Source: Monocercomonoides exilis PA203 (Eukaryota; Protista; Preaxostyla). From it: 64,000 nucleotides of DNA. The stretch is from positions 1,240,001 to 1,304,000 of the forward strand of contig LSRY02000007.1 of assembly GCA_001643675.2 (NCBI GenBank), written 5' to 3'. Positions 15,001 through 26,602 of the stretch are shown piece by piece (the first letter of the stretch is position 1; every line of letters begins with the position of its first letter). A program made the position numbers and the translations under genes. The notes under the pieces are model-generated. The model was not told the origin of the DNA. It searched no databases and saw only the letters and a list, made by a program, of their open reading frames with translations.

Positions 15001-15905
15001 TGTGTTTCATCCGACTCTGAGTTCAACAAAATAGACTGATTCGCAAATAGCTGCTCAATTCCAGATTTAAATGACATCCTCCTTCCTTTTGAAATATTTA
15101 AAGAATGAATAAACGCCTCTTGAAATTGAGATTCATCGTTAAAAGAGTGAGGGGACTGTTTTCTTTGTAGAATAAAACTCCAACTTTTGTGATTCTGTTG
15201 TGAAAGATAAATAAATGTTGTTCGAATGAATTGCCTCAACGTCGCATTTTCGTTATTTTGATCTGTTGAAACAACAGATTGGCGAGCTTGTTCTTGATTT
15301 TCTGGACTCACGATCGGAACCTGTGGAGGTTCGTCAGAAGAAAAAATATCAATGAAATCCCTTTTCCAAATCACTGAAGTATCTTCTCGAAAAGGAATTC
15401 GCACAACTGTCATTGGAAGATTTGTATCCTGAAAAATAAAATAAAAATGCTGTTTTTTATAATAAAACATGAGAAATGAAAAACTTTCTTTCTTTCTTGA
15501 ATAGTTTCCCGTGTATTTTCAGTATTTCCAAACTCCGGATTTGGAAGATTTGATGTGCGAAAATGGCGAGTAAATTCCCGAGATCTTTGAAGTTCTTTCC
15601 AAGATATTCCTTCGCAAAGATTATTTTAACATTAACGCATAACGAAAAAATAAATTTCATGAATAAAATAAAATTCAAATTAAAAAACCTTGAGGATCGA
15701 TGTTTCTAAGTAAATAGTCTTTAGCAATGTTTTAATAAATGAAATAAAACATAAAATACATAAATGTCAATATAAAATAAACAGACCAAATGCGCTAACA
15801 TCAAAATAGCCATTCTATTGCAAAAATAAAAGATATTTAAAATATTATTAAATTATGTTAAACATGTTTTTCATTATTGAATACCTGCACTGTAATGACA
15901 TCCAT
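1..15905 (-). CDS. Giant (>5,100 aa, 3'-partial) low-complexity Ser/Glu-rich protein; N-terminal DxQGIxW motif reminiscent of DUF2415/C2A9.03-like WD-repeat family
   Basis: Exons reconstructed with phase-consistent GT-AG introns: 15905-15885, 15814-15787, 15718-15689, 15609-15485, 15428-11022, 10860-<1. Spliced N-terminus is MDVITVQNGYFDVSAFDYLLRNIDPQGISWKELQRSREFTRHFRTSN. The last exon was open in every line I spot-checked between 1 and 10860, but I did not check every codon. The ORF track omits it, probably because there is no stop inside the window. Confidence 0.8.
2864..2920. repeat. Perfect (GAA)19 microsatellite encoding a poly-Ser tract on the minus strand
   Basis: Counted directly: 57 nt of uninterrupted GAA. 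Confidence 0.95.
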
Positions 15906-15942
15906 AGAAATTTGTTGTGGTTTGCACCCATTGCATAATTTA
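15906..15942. promoter_or_regulatory. Ultra-short divergent spacer (putative bidirectional promoter or overlapping 5' UTRs)
   Basis: There are 37 nt between the inferred minus-strand ATG (15905) and the Pcf11 ATG (15943). The spacer contains TTTGCACCCATTGCAT. Confidence 0.55.
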
Positions 15943-17013
15943 ATGGATCGAGCAATTTTAGATTCATTTTCTGAGGAACTTAACTCACTTTATGATTCAA
16001 ATAAAATTCGAATTGAATCATTAACCCAATATGCAAAAACTCATGAAAATCTTAGCGCTGAAATTTCAAACATTATTGCAAGAAGAATAACTGAAGCACC
16101 TCCTGGTCAAAAATTACCTTCGTTATACCTTTTGGATAGTATAGTTAAAAATCATGGAGAGCCATGGATTTCTAGATTCTCTCCAATTCTTGCACGATTG
16201 TTTTCATCCGTGTATCAAAGCTCTGATTCAAATGAAAAACGACTTGCTCGTTTGTTATTGCCAACATGGATAGGTAAATTCCCAAAAGAGATTATGGAAG
16301 TTATTCAAAGGGAACTTGAAGCAGAAATTTGGATCCCTGATCTTGTTCCAGACCCCAATAGAAGCTTTATCTACATAAATTACCCAAAATTTCATTCTTA
16401 TGTTGAATCCTTCACAAAAACACCTTATCTTCAAACATGCTTTAAAGAAAGATGTGGATCAGTTAGTCAGATTTCAGAAAAGAATTATAAACAAAAAGAT
16501 GAAAGTGGACATCACAATGAAAAAAGTTCTGATTCTCAACTTCATGAACTTGCTGTCGAACTAAAGAAATTAATGAGCGAACATCCTGATAAAGTTGCAG
16601 ATGCACTTTCTTCGATGTCATTTGAGGATTCTCAACTTATCTTATCTTTTATTCAAAAAGAAGAGACTAAATCCTTAAGTTCTCGATCTGTCTCAGATTC
16701 AAATCCAATTTCCAGAAATATTCAGCAAATTGCACTTAGCAATTCTAAAAGTGCTTTAAATACTCAAACTTATTCGGCCCATCTGCCCGTTTTGAAGCAA
16801 AAAGTTGCACAATTATCTTTTTCCAACCCAATATCACTGAGATACAGAATATTTGATTCTTCTAAGCTTCTATATCAATGTCCTCCAATTCAACGCCAAC
16901 CTGAAAAAGATAGGTTAAATAGCAGTGAATACATTTTGAAGACATCTGATGGAAAGTTTGCACGTGGCTTTTTGTTGTCCGAAGAGGAGTGGATTATTGG
17001 GAAAAAAAGTTGA
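15943..17013 (+). CDS. PCF11: Pcf11-like pre-mRNA cleavage factor (RNA Pol II CTD-interacting domain)
   Basis: N-terminal CID with the hallmark KLPSLYLLDSIVKN and a downstream TW. C-terminal ARGFLLSEEEWI resembles the Pcf11 Clp1-binding R-x-W-x5-W motif. The likely start is MDRAILDSF at 15943, not the ORF-track start at 15877. Confidence 0.8.
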   Translation: MDRAILDSFSEELNSLYDSNKIRIESLTQYAKTHENLSAEISNIIARRITEAPPGQKLPSLYLLDSIVKNHGEPWISRFSPILARLFSSVYQSSDSNEKRLARLLLPTWIGKFPKEIMEVIQRELEAEIWIPDLVPDPNRSFIYINYPKFHSYVESFTKTPYLQTCFKERCGSVSQISEKNYKQKDESGHHNEKSSDSQLHELAVELKKLMSEHPDKVADALSSMSFEDSQLILSFIQKEETKSLSSRSVSDSNPISRNIQQIALSNSKSALNTQTYSAHLPVLKQKVAQLSFSNPISLRYRIFDSSKLLYQCPPIQRQPEKDRLNSSEYILKTSDGKFARGFLLSEEEWIIGKKS

Positions 17014-17593
17014 AAGTGAACTTTAAGCTCATTTTATTACAATGAAAAAGAGAATTCGCCAAATGCACACAAAATAAGAAAAATGGGTATTGCAGTTAAC
17101 TAATTGCCTGCTATATCCCAAACAAAATTGTTCATGTTTTGATTCAATATACGTTATTACCTTTTATGTTAATTCTTGTTGAATTTTCTTCATGTTTTGT
17201 GTTAATTAGTGATTACAAAAGTGAAGGTTTCGTTCGTTCATTCATTTTTTATTTTTATTTTTATTTTATTTTTTATTTTTTAAGTGTGGCTGTTATTTTG
17301 TCATTTGTCGTGAGTATTATTATTTCAATTAAAATGAAAGGTTTACTGAATTTCAAATATCTACGTGCAAATAAATACATAGAATGACAATTTAAATACT
17401 TTGATTATGTGGAAAATTTTCGAAAAAGATCATTTTCGAAATTTCTAAACAATTTTCATCGAATAATCCGAATAAAAAAAATAATGATGTTGTAATGAAT
17501 TGCTCGATATATATATATAACTTCAATGAGTTTTTTCAAGATTAATTTTAGAAAATTATTATAAAAGTTCTCAAATTATCAAAATATTTCACA

Positions 17594-19528
17594 ATGGAAA
17601 CATTCGAAACGAATGAAATACATTTAACAAAAATCAGCGTCATAATATAAAATGCATTTTTCTTGTAAACATGAAAATGAAATGTTTATTCTTTGAGGAA
17701 AAGGAACTTTTTCAAATCTATGTTATGGTCGCTGATCATACAGTAGAGCAAATTCGATATGGAAGCGTTGGATAAACATTATGAAAAAGTCAAAGATGTT
17801 AAAATGACAGAATTATTTAAGGAGGATCCTAAGAGAGCTTCAAATTATTCTCTAAGACTTGATGCATTCGGAGAATACCTTTTCTTAGATTATTCAAAAA
17901 ATCTTTTAACTGACGAAACTAAATTGTTACTAGCAAATTTGGCAAAGGAAAAAAATGTAAACGAAAAAATACAAGCGATGTTCAGAGGGGATATTATCAA
18001 CACGACCGAAAATCGTGCAGTTCTTCATGTTGCTCTTCGAAACCGTTCTAGTCGATCAATTTTTGTTGATGGAAAGGATGTCATGCCTGAGGTTAATGCA
18101 GTTTTGGAAAAGATGAAGAAGTTTGTGGAAGAAGTCAGGAGCGAGAAGTGGAGAGGATATACGGGAAAACCAATCCGTGATGTGATCAATATTGGAATAG
18201 GAGGCTCAGATCTTGGACCTTTGATGGTGTCGTTGGCACTAACTCCTTATGCAAATCCAGATAAAATTAACGTTCATTACATTTCAAATGTGGATGGAAC
18301 TCATGCAGCAGAAGTGTTAAAGAAACTTGATCCTGAAACATGTATGTTCATTATCAGCAGCAAAACATTTACCACACAAGAAACCATGGCAAATGCAACA
18401 TCATGCAAAAAATGGTGGCTATCAAAGGTTGGAGAAGAGAATGCGTCAAAGCTTCCCCAACATTTTGTTGCAGTCTCAACCAACTTGAAAAAAGTTGCTG
18501 AATTTGGACTGGATCCATCAAACGCATTTGCATTTTGGGATTGGGTTGGTGGAAGATTTTCATTGTGGTCAGCAATTGGTTTAAGCACGGCATTGTATGT
18601 GGGATTTGATCGTTTTGTGGAGCTTCTTGAAGGAGGGCATGCAATGGATGAGCATTTCAGAACAACAGAAGATCCTCTTAAGAACATTCCAGTGATGCTG
18701 GCTCTTATTCACATCTGGTACTCTTCATTTTTCAAAGTGGGCTCACGTGCTGTGCTTCCATACGACCAGTATTTGGCTCGGTTCCCAGCCTTTCTGCAAC
18801 AGCTGGAGATGGAATCCAATGGCAAAGGTGTGAAACTAGATGGTTCGCATGTGGACGAGCACGGAACAACCTGTGTGGTGTGGGGAGAGCCAGGAACAAA
18901 CGGGCAGCATGCGTTCTATCAGCTGATACATCAGGGCACGCGAATGGTTCCCTGCGACTTCATCTTTCCTCTCACCACGCACAATCCTCTTGCCGGAGGA
19001 GATCACCACAGAATGCTTGCAGCAAATGTGTTTGCACAGGCAGAGGCATTGATGAAAGGAAAAACATTTGAAGAGGCATATGCTGAGCAGACAAACATGA
19101 GTGACGACGATGAAAAGCGAGTGAGAATCGCTAAGCATCGCACGTTCACAGGCAACAAGCCGTCGAACATGATCATCATCCCGAAGGTTACACCACACAC
19201 GCTCGGGATGCTGATTGCGCTGTACGAGCACAAAGTGTTTGTGGAAGGTGCCATCTGGGGCATCGACTCCTTTGACCAGTGGGGCGTTGAGCTCGGGAAG
19301 CAGCTTGCTGGGCAGATCCTGCCTATTCTGCGGGAAGGCGCGTCGTCTGCTACTCCGTCCTCTTCTTCGACCCCGTCATCGTCGTCATCATCTTCTTCTT
19401 CTTCATCTTTGCCTGTACAATTGTCAGAGGCGTCAGCTTCTTTCTTTGAGAAAAAAGATCCATCCACACAGGCTTTGGTGTCAATGTTTATTGCAGAGAA
19501 TCAAAAGGAAGCAGCAGCGCAAAAGTAA
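17594..19528 (+). CDS. GPI: Glucose-6-phosphate isomerase
   Basis: Canonical motifs: [86 protein letters not shown]. The main exon is 17747/17759-19528. A short in-phase upstream exon at 17594-17638 ([15 protein letters not shown]) is plausible but less certain. Confidence 0.98.
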
Positions 19529-20326
19529 TTTGAATCATTCGTTCTTTTTATTGTTGTTAATTTGATTAAACACATTTTTATTCAATATTTTGGGATAAAC
19601 GCTTTGGTTTTTGATAGCACTCAAAATATAAATAGTCTATGATTGAAGCATTTCACATCATACATTCATTATTAAGTATAAAAAATATTAGGTAAGTAGT
19701 TTATTAAAGCTTGAATTATCACCACCCTCTTTGAATTTTGAATGGAATATTTATTTATTTATTTATTTATTTTTTATTGAACAAAACTTCTTCATCAACC
19801 AGAATAAAGAAAAACACTCGACTCCAACTTGGATTGTATCAAAACTGAGGCACCTTGTTCGTTTATACATGTAAACACCCTTTTATTTACTTACATTGCA
19901 AAAACATAAAAAGAAGTGAATACTAATATGGCAACGCTGAATGAAAATGAAAAACAAATTATCGATTATAAGTTGATCAATTCGAAATGAAAAAAAAAAA
20001 AAAAAAAAAAAGGAGATTTAATCCTTCTAAATATAAATATATATATATAATAAATGAATATCTTTCAATAATCAAGCTAATAATAATTTAAATAAAAAAA
20101 TTCAAAAAAAACAAAAAGCACTCCATTTACAAGAATTCCGTTTTCTGTGAATTTTTTATTTCACTTTTCTCTCTCATTTCCTCTTTCTCTCATTCTGTTA
20201 ATCCACATTACTCCTCAACATCCTTTATTCTCTTCACTTTCTCCTAATTCATTATCATTTATTTTAAAACCCCTCTTCAAAAAAATAAAAAATAAAAATA
20301 AAAACATTTTATTTCTATTTATTTTT

Positions 20327-23300
20327 TCAATCCAATTCATCTTCACTTTCTGACTCTAATGGAGAAGGAGGGCTCTGCTGCTGGATGAGTGCAGAAGGAG
20401 GCAGCGAAGGCTGCGACGGAGGCAAAGGCTTCTTTGGCGTGTGCGCAGGCGATGAAGTCTTTCTCTTTGATTTCCTTCCTTTCTCTCTCTCTCTGTCTCT
20501 GTCTCTATCTCTATCTTTTGTTCTGTGTGAATGATGATGCGATGAATGAGAAGAAGGCGAAGCAGCGGGGGAAACAGCAGGAGAAGGCGACAATGGCTCA
20601 GAGGGAGAATATGAAGTGACTGGAAATGAAGGCGAGGGAGAAGAAGAAGAGGAGGAGGAGGAGTCTAAATGGGATGATGCATCTGCGTTAAGTTGCAATG
20701 GCAATGGCAAAGGTGAATGAGAACGTGAACTAGAACGTGAATGTGAATGAGAATGAGAATGCGAGTGGTGTATTTGAGATTCGGATGAGATTGGTGAAGA
20801 AGTGGAAGAAGAGGAAGTTGAAGAGGAAGAAGAAGAAGAGGAGGAGGAAGCGGTTGCCGATGATGAATGAATATTTGCTTGAGCAAAAGGAGATTGGGCA
20901 TTTTGTGATAGAATTGGTAACTCTGTTTCAGATGAGGATAGCTTCAATGAAGAAGAAGAAGATGGAGAAGAAGCAGGAACAGAAGAAGAAGAAGAAGAAG
21001 AAGAAGAAGAAGAAGAAGAAGAAGAAGAAGAGGAGGAGGAGGAGGAGGAGGAGGAGGAGGAGGAGGAAGAGATGGAAGAAGAAGAAGATGTACGATGTCT
21101 TTTCAATGAAGAAGCGGAGGGAGAAGAAGGCGGAAGCATAAATGGACAAAAATGAGGAGGGGAGACGGAAGGGCCGTAAGATGAAGGAGAAGAGGAAAGG
21201 GGATAAGAAGAGGACAAAGTTGAATGATCGATGAATGAAGTGGGAGAAGAAGATAATGAAGAGGAGGACAGAGAAGAAGCAGTTGGTGACATAGACACCG
21301 AAGAAGAAGAAGAAGAAGATGATGATGATGATGATGATGATGAACCAATTTGAAATGAAGAAGAAGCCGAAAAGGAAGAAGAAGACGTTGAAGAAGAAGA
21401 AGGAGAAGGCAGTTGTGTGGTGATGAATGTGACGTGGCCAGCAGAGCGAGCTGTGTCTCTGCGTGGTGCAATGAGAATGCGAGTGATGCGAGAAGAAGGC
21501 GAAGACTCCATCTGTCTGAAGGAAGAAGGAGAGGAAGGAGAGGAAGGAGGGGTTGTGCCGATGAAGGAAGGCATGTAGTGAGAAGAAGAGGAGGAGGAAG
21601 AAGAAGAAGAAGAAGAAGATGATGATGGAGAAGAGGCAATGGATGAACCAGGGTTAGAGGCGCTGGGAGAAGAAGAGATGAAAGATAAAGGAAGAGTTGG
21701 CGGAGTTATAGACGAAGTGAATGAATATGTTGGAGAATGTGGAGTGAGACTGAAAGAAGAAGAAGAAGAGGAGGAGGAGGAGGAAGAGGAAAGAAGAGAA
21801 GAAGAGGATGTTCCGAATGAAGAGGAAGGGAAAGAAAGAGGAGAAGAAGAGACAGGAACAAGTGCAATAGACATGGGTTGTTGTGGAGATTGAGCTAATT
21901 GGAAGGAAGAAGGCGAGAAAAGAGAGGTTGAAGAAGAAGAAGAAGAAGAAGAGGAAGAGGAAAAAGAAGAGGAAGGAGGAGAAGATGACAATGGAGTCAT
22001 CACAGGAGAGAACGGAGAGCCAAATGAAGAGCTTCTGATTGGAGAAGAAGATAACCGTTCAATCTGACCAAACGATGAAGTTCTAAGAAATGCTCTTTCT
22101 GCTTCAATTTCTCTTTCTCTTTCTCGCTCTTTCTCTCTTTCGTTTGACAATCCTTTCATTCTGTATCGTGCTTCTATTGGTGACCCAATATGATACAGCC
22201 TCTCTTGAACATCTGAATCACTTCCTCCTCCTATTTCTCCTCTTTCTCCACTTAATCCACTTCCTCCGCTTCTTGGATCGCTGTGTGTTCTTCCAAAGCT
22301 CTTTCTTCTGGAGTGAACGAAAGGTGATGCGTTATCTTGTAGCCCTGTATCCATCACATCTGCATCAAAGGGAGAGAGAGAAGGAGAAGGAGGAGGAGAA
22401 GGGAAGGACAAAGAGAATGAACCAGAATGGACGGAGTTTTGATCGTCCATGGGGAAAGAAGGAGAATGAGGAGAATGAGAAGAAAGAGAAGAAGATGAAA
22501 GAGAAGAAGAAGAAGAAGAAGAAATAGAAGAATTTCCAGAGATGGAAGCAGAGCCAGAAACTGATCCAGATGCTGAGGCAGACGCAGCAGAGGAAGATAA
22601 AGTTGAAATGGAGCGTTGTGTTTCTTCATCGTCGTCGTCATCGTCGTCGTCATCATCATCTTCTTCTTCTTCTGTTAATTCTTCTTTGGTTTTGTGGATA
22701 TGCGTTTTCCCTTTCTCTTTTCCTTTTCCTTTCTCTCTCCCTTTCTCTTCTTCCTCCTCCTCCTCCTCTTCTTCTTCTTCTTCCTCGTATTCTTCATATT
22801 CATCTTCACTTTCCTCTATCATTCCAATATTCTCACTTCCATCTGAATCGTCCTTCATACTCTTCGATACTGTCACATATGAAGAATCAATATCTTTCTC
22901 TTCAGAAACAGAGGTGGTCACTGAAATTATTCCTTTCTCATTTTTACTTCCTCCTTTGCCTCCTCTTTCTCCTCTTTCTCTTTCTTTCTCTCTTTCTTTA
23001 CCTCTTTCTTTTCCTTTTCCTCTTTCTTTTTCTCCTGCTTTTGTCATTTTTCGATTCTCTTCTGATATTTCTGGGCTGTCTGGAGGAGGAGGCCATGAAA
23101 GAAACTCATATCCATCGGGTGCTGGTGATGAATGCTTTGGAGAAGAAGAAAGAGAAGAAGATGAAGAAGAAGATGAGGAAGAAGAAGATGAGGAAGAAGA
23201 AGATGAGGAAGAAGCAGAAAGAGAAGAAGATATCTTATTTCTTTCTGTTTCAGATGAAATCGAATGAGTTGAATCAGAAACACTCACAGAAGAAGATACA

Positions 23301-26300
23301 ATTGGAAGAATGTTTTGTACTTCTTTCGAAGAAGAAGCAGAAGCAGAAGAGGAGGAAGAAGAAGAGGAGGAGGAAGAAGAAGAGAATTGAGCAGTCTTTC
23401 CTGGAAATATTGACGATGCTTCTTTCGACTCTTCTTTCTTTTGTTCTTTTGCTGTTTCTTTGGATGAATTCAATTGGGAAGAAGAAGAAGAGGAGGAGGA
23501 GGAGGAGGAGGAAGAAGAAGAAGAAGAAAACAAATCCTTTGAAACGAAATTCGAAGAAAGCAAAGGAGAAACAAAAGCAGTTGCGCCTTCGAATGAAAGA
23601 GTGGAAGGAGAGACAGGAGAAGCAGGAGGAGATGAGGGAGAGGAAGAAGAAGAAGAAGATGACGATGATGATGATGATGAAGCAGAAGTAGAAGAAGAAG
23701 AAACAGAAGAAGAAGAAGAAGATTTTAATGCACCATGATCATATGATACAGATGGAGATACAGAATGAGGAGGAATGTTGTGTGGAACCGAAAGAAGAGA
23801 AGGAGATGTCTTTGGAGGAAGTAGCACAGGAGCAGCAGAAGAAGAGTCATGTTCCATGTGACTGGAAGGATGGAGAACAGAAAGAACTGAACGAAGAGGG
23901 GTTTCTGAGGAAGAAGTGGAAGAAGAAGAGGAAGAGGAAGAGGAAGAGGAAGAGGAAGAGGAAGAGGAAGAGGAAGAAATAGAAGAAGAAGACGATGATG
24001 TTAATTCTCTTTCTCTTTCTCTTTCTCTTTCTCTTTCTCTGTTTATTCCTTTTATCGAATCCTTCTTTTCTTCAGAATAGTTAGATTCATTGAAGATGCT
24101 ATTACTGTCATCATCTAAGGACATTGTTCTCTTAATCAGCACGGGTGCATTAAGTGATGATGATGATGATGATGACATAGAAGAAGAAGAAGATAACGAT
24201 GATGAAGAAGAAGAAATAGAAGAAGAAGAAGATGATGATGATGATGATAAAGAAGAAGAGGAAGACACAGAAGAAGAAGATGTTGCTGTTGAAGATCCCC
24301 GAAGAGAAAGATGTGAATGCTCAGCTGTATGCAATATGCTTTCTTCAGACAAACGAGATGAGGAAGAAGATGATGAAATTGAATCAGAAATAGAAGAATA
24401 AGCAGAAGCAGCAGAAGAAGAATAAAACCCCTTTTGTTCATTTTCACATAGAGAATTCGAAGAAATGAAATCTTTTTCTTCCTTTTCAAGTGGATTTAAC
24501 AGAAGATTTTGAGGATGATGAAGAGAAAACGAGCCAGTGGAGAGAGGAAGATTATGATGAAATGCATCTTCAATAGAACTGCGCAGATGAGAAGGAGGAG
24601 AAGAAAGAGAAGAGGAAGAGGAAGAGGAAGAAGAGGAGGAGGAAGAAGAAGAAGATGATGATGATGAAGGAAGAGGAGAGGAAGGAGAAGGAGAAGGAGA
24701 GGAAGAATAAGATAAAGAAGAGGAAACAGATGGAATTAGTTTTAATATTGGTGTTGGAGAAGGAGGGGTTGGATTATTTGAGGCAGAAGAAGAGGAAGGA
24801 GAAGAAGTGGAACAAGGAGAGAAAGACAAAGAGGAAGAGGAAGGAGAAGAGAGATGGGAAGATAAAGTGGATGAGTCTGGAGTGGTTGCTTGCTCTTTTG
24901 AGAAAGAGGAAGAAGAAGAAGAGGAGGAGGAAGAAGAAGAAGATGTATTAGAATTAGCTGAACATACACCAGGAGCTAAGAGAAGAGGTTGTGATGGAAT
25001 AGGAGGAGAATTAGTGGATTTTGTGTTTGAGAGGCGAGAAAGAGAAGATTCAAGTGTTTTTATGGATGTTGATGAAGGAGAATGAGAAGAGGAAGAAGAG
25101 GAAGATGAAGAAGATGAGATGGAAGAGGAGGAGGAAGAAGAAGGCATTGATTGCAAGAGAGAAAAGATGGAGTCAGAAGCTGCTAATGAAGATGGATTTG
25201 GATTGGTTGAAAGAGAAGAAGAAGAAGAAGGAGAGGAGGAAGAAGAAGAAAAAAGAGAAGAAAGTTTATCAGAAGTTGAAGAAGAGATAGAATCCGCTGG
25301 TGGGAAAGGTGTTGATGTTATTATCTTTCCTAATTCGTTTGCTCCTTCAGAAGAAGAAGAAGAAGAAGAAGAACGTGAAGAAGAGTGAGAAGAAGAAGAA
25401 GAAGGTAAAGAAGAAGGTAAAGAAGAAGGCTGAGGTTTCAATGAATGATGGAAATCTGTCATAAACGATTGTCTTACATCAAATTCTCCATCATCTTCTT
25501 CATCGTCATATTCTTCTTTCTCCATTCCTTCTTCTCCATCTTCCATATTCGAATTTCTTCTCTTCTTCTTCTTTCCTTTCCCCTTCCCTTTCTTCCCCTT
25601 TTTCTTCTTCTTCTTCCCATTTATCACTTCATTATCATCATTATCATTATCATCATCAGTTTCTGTTTCTGCTTCAACTTCTGACTCACTTTCAGAGCTA
25701 TCTCTATATAGCATCCCTTTTCTGCCATCCAAGCTCCAATCATCATCTTCCACTGCATAATCTTCTTCTTCTTCTTCTTCTTCTCTTTCTCTTTCTTCTT
25801 CCCTTCTCTCCTTGTCTTCATCCATATAAATAACCTCTTTTATTCCCTTCGCTTTTTCACTTCCTTTTCCTTCCTCTTCTTCTTCCTTTTCTTTTCCTTC
25901 TCTTCCTTCTTTTCCTTCTTTCTCTTCTTTCTCTTCTTTTTCCATTGGAACATAAGGCGAATCAACTAAATTCTCGTTGTATTCCAATGCACAACTGCTG
26001 CTGATGTAATCAGGTGACATAAATGGCCTGTGTTTAGATGATTTTTCTGGAAGAATTTCAGAAGTTGACAAAGAAGAAGAGGAGGAAGAAGAGGAGGAGG
26101 AGGAAGAAGAAGAAGATGATGATGATGTTTGATCAAAAATATGTTCTTTTTCATTATCTTGATCTGATTTAATAAGCTGGCTTTGCCCTATTCCTCTTTC
26201 TTCTATTGAGGTTTTTGAATCTGTTCCAGATGATGATGATGAAATAGAAGACAAGGAAGAAGAAGAAGAAGAGGAGGAGGAGGAGGAAGGAGATGAAGAT

Positions 26301-26570
26301 GAAATGGTCGAAGCAATTGAAGCAACAGAAGAAGATGGAGGCGTCGACGAAAGCGTAGAGCACAAAGGAGGAGTTGAACAAGGCGAGTGGATGGGAGAAG
26401 AAGACAAATTGCCATGAAGAGAAGGAGAAGAAGAGAGGGGGACAGAAACAGCTGGGAGGAGAGAGAGCGAAGGAGCGAAGGAGGCATCGGGTGAATGGCC
26501 GGTGAGGTCAGGGAGTGAGAGAGGGAGAGGAGAGGAAGAATGAGGAGAAGAGGAAAGAGAAGAAGATGTT

Positions 26571-26602
<32 letters not shown>

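Noticed and set aside
18840-19400. GC-rich 3' half of GPI as a horizontally acquired or contaminant segment
   Set aside because: The same gradient occurs in unrelated genes in the window, and the reading frame and motifs are continuous.
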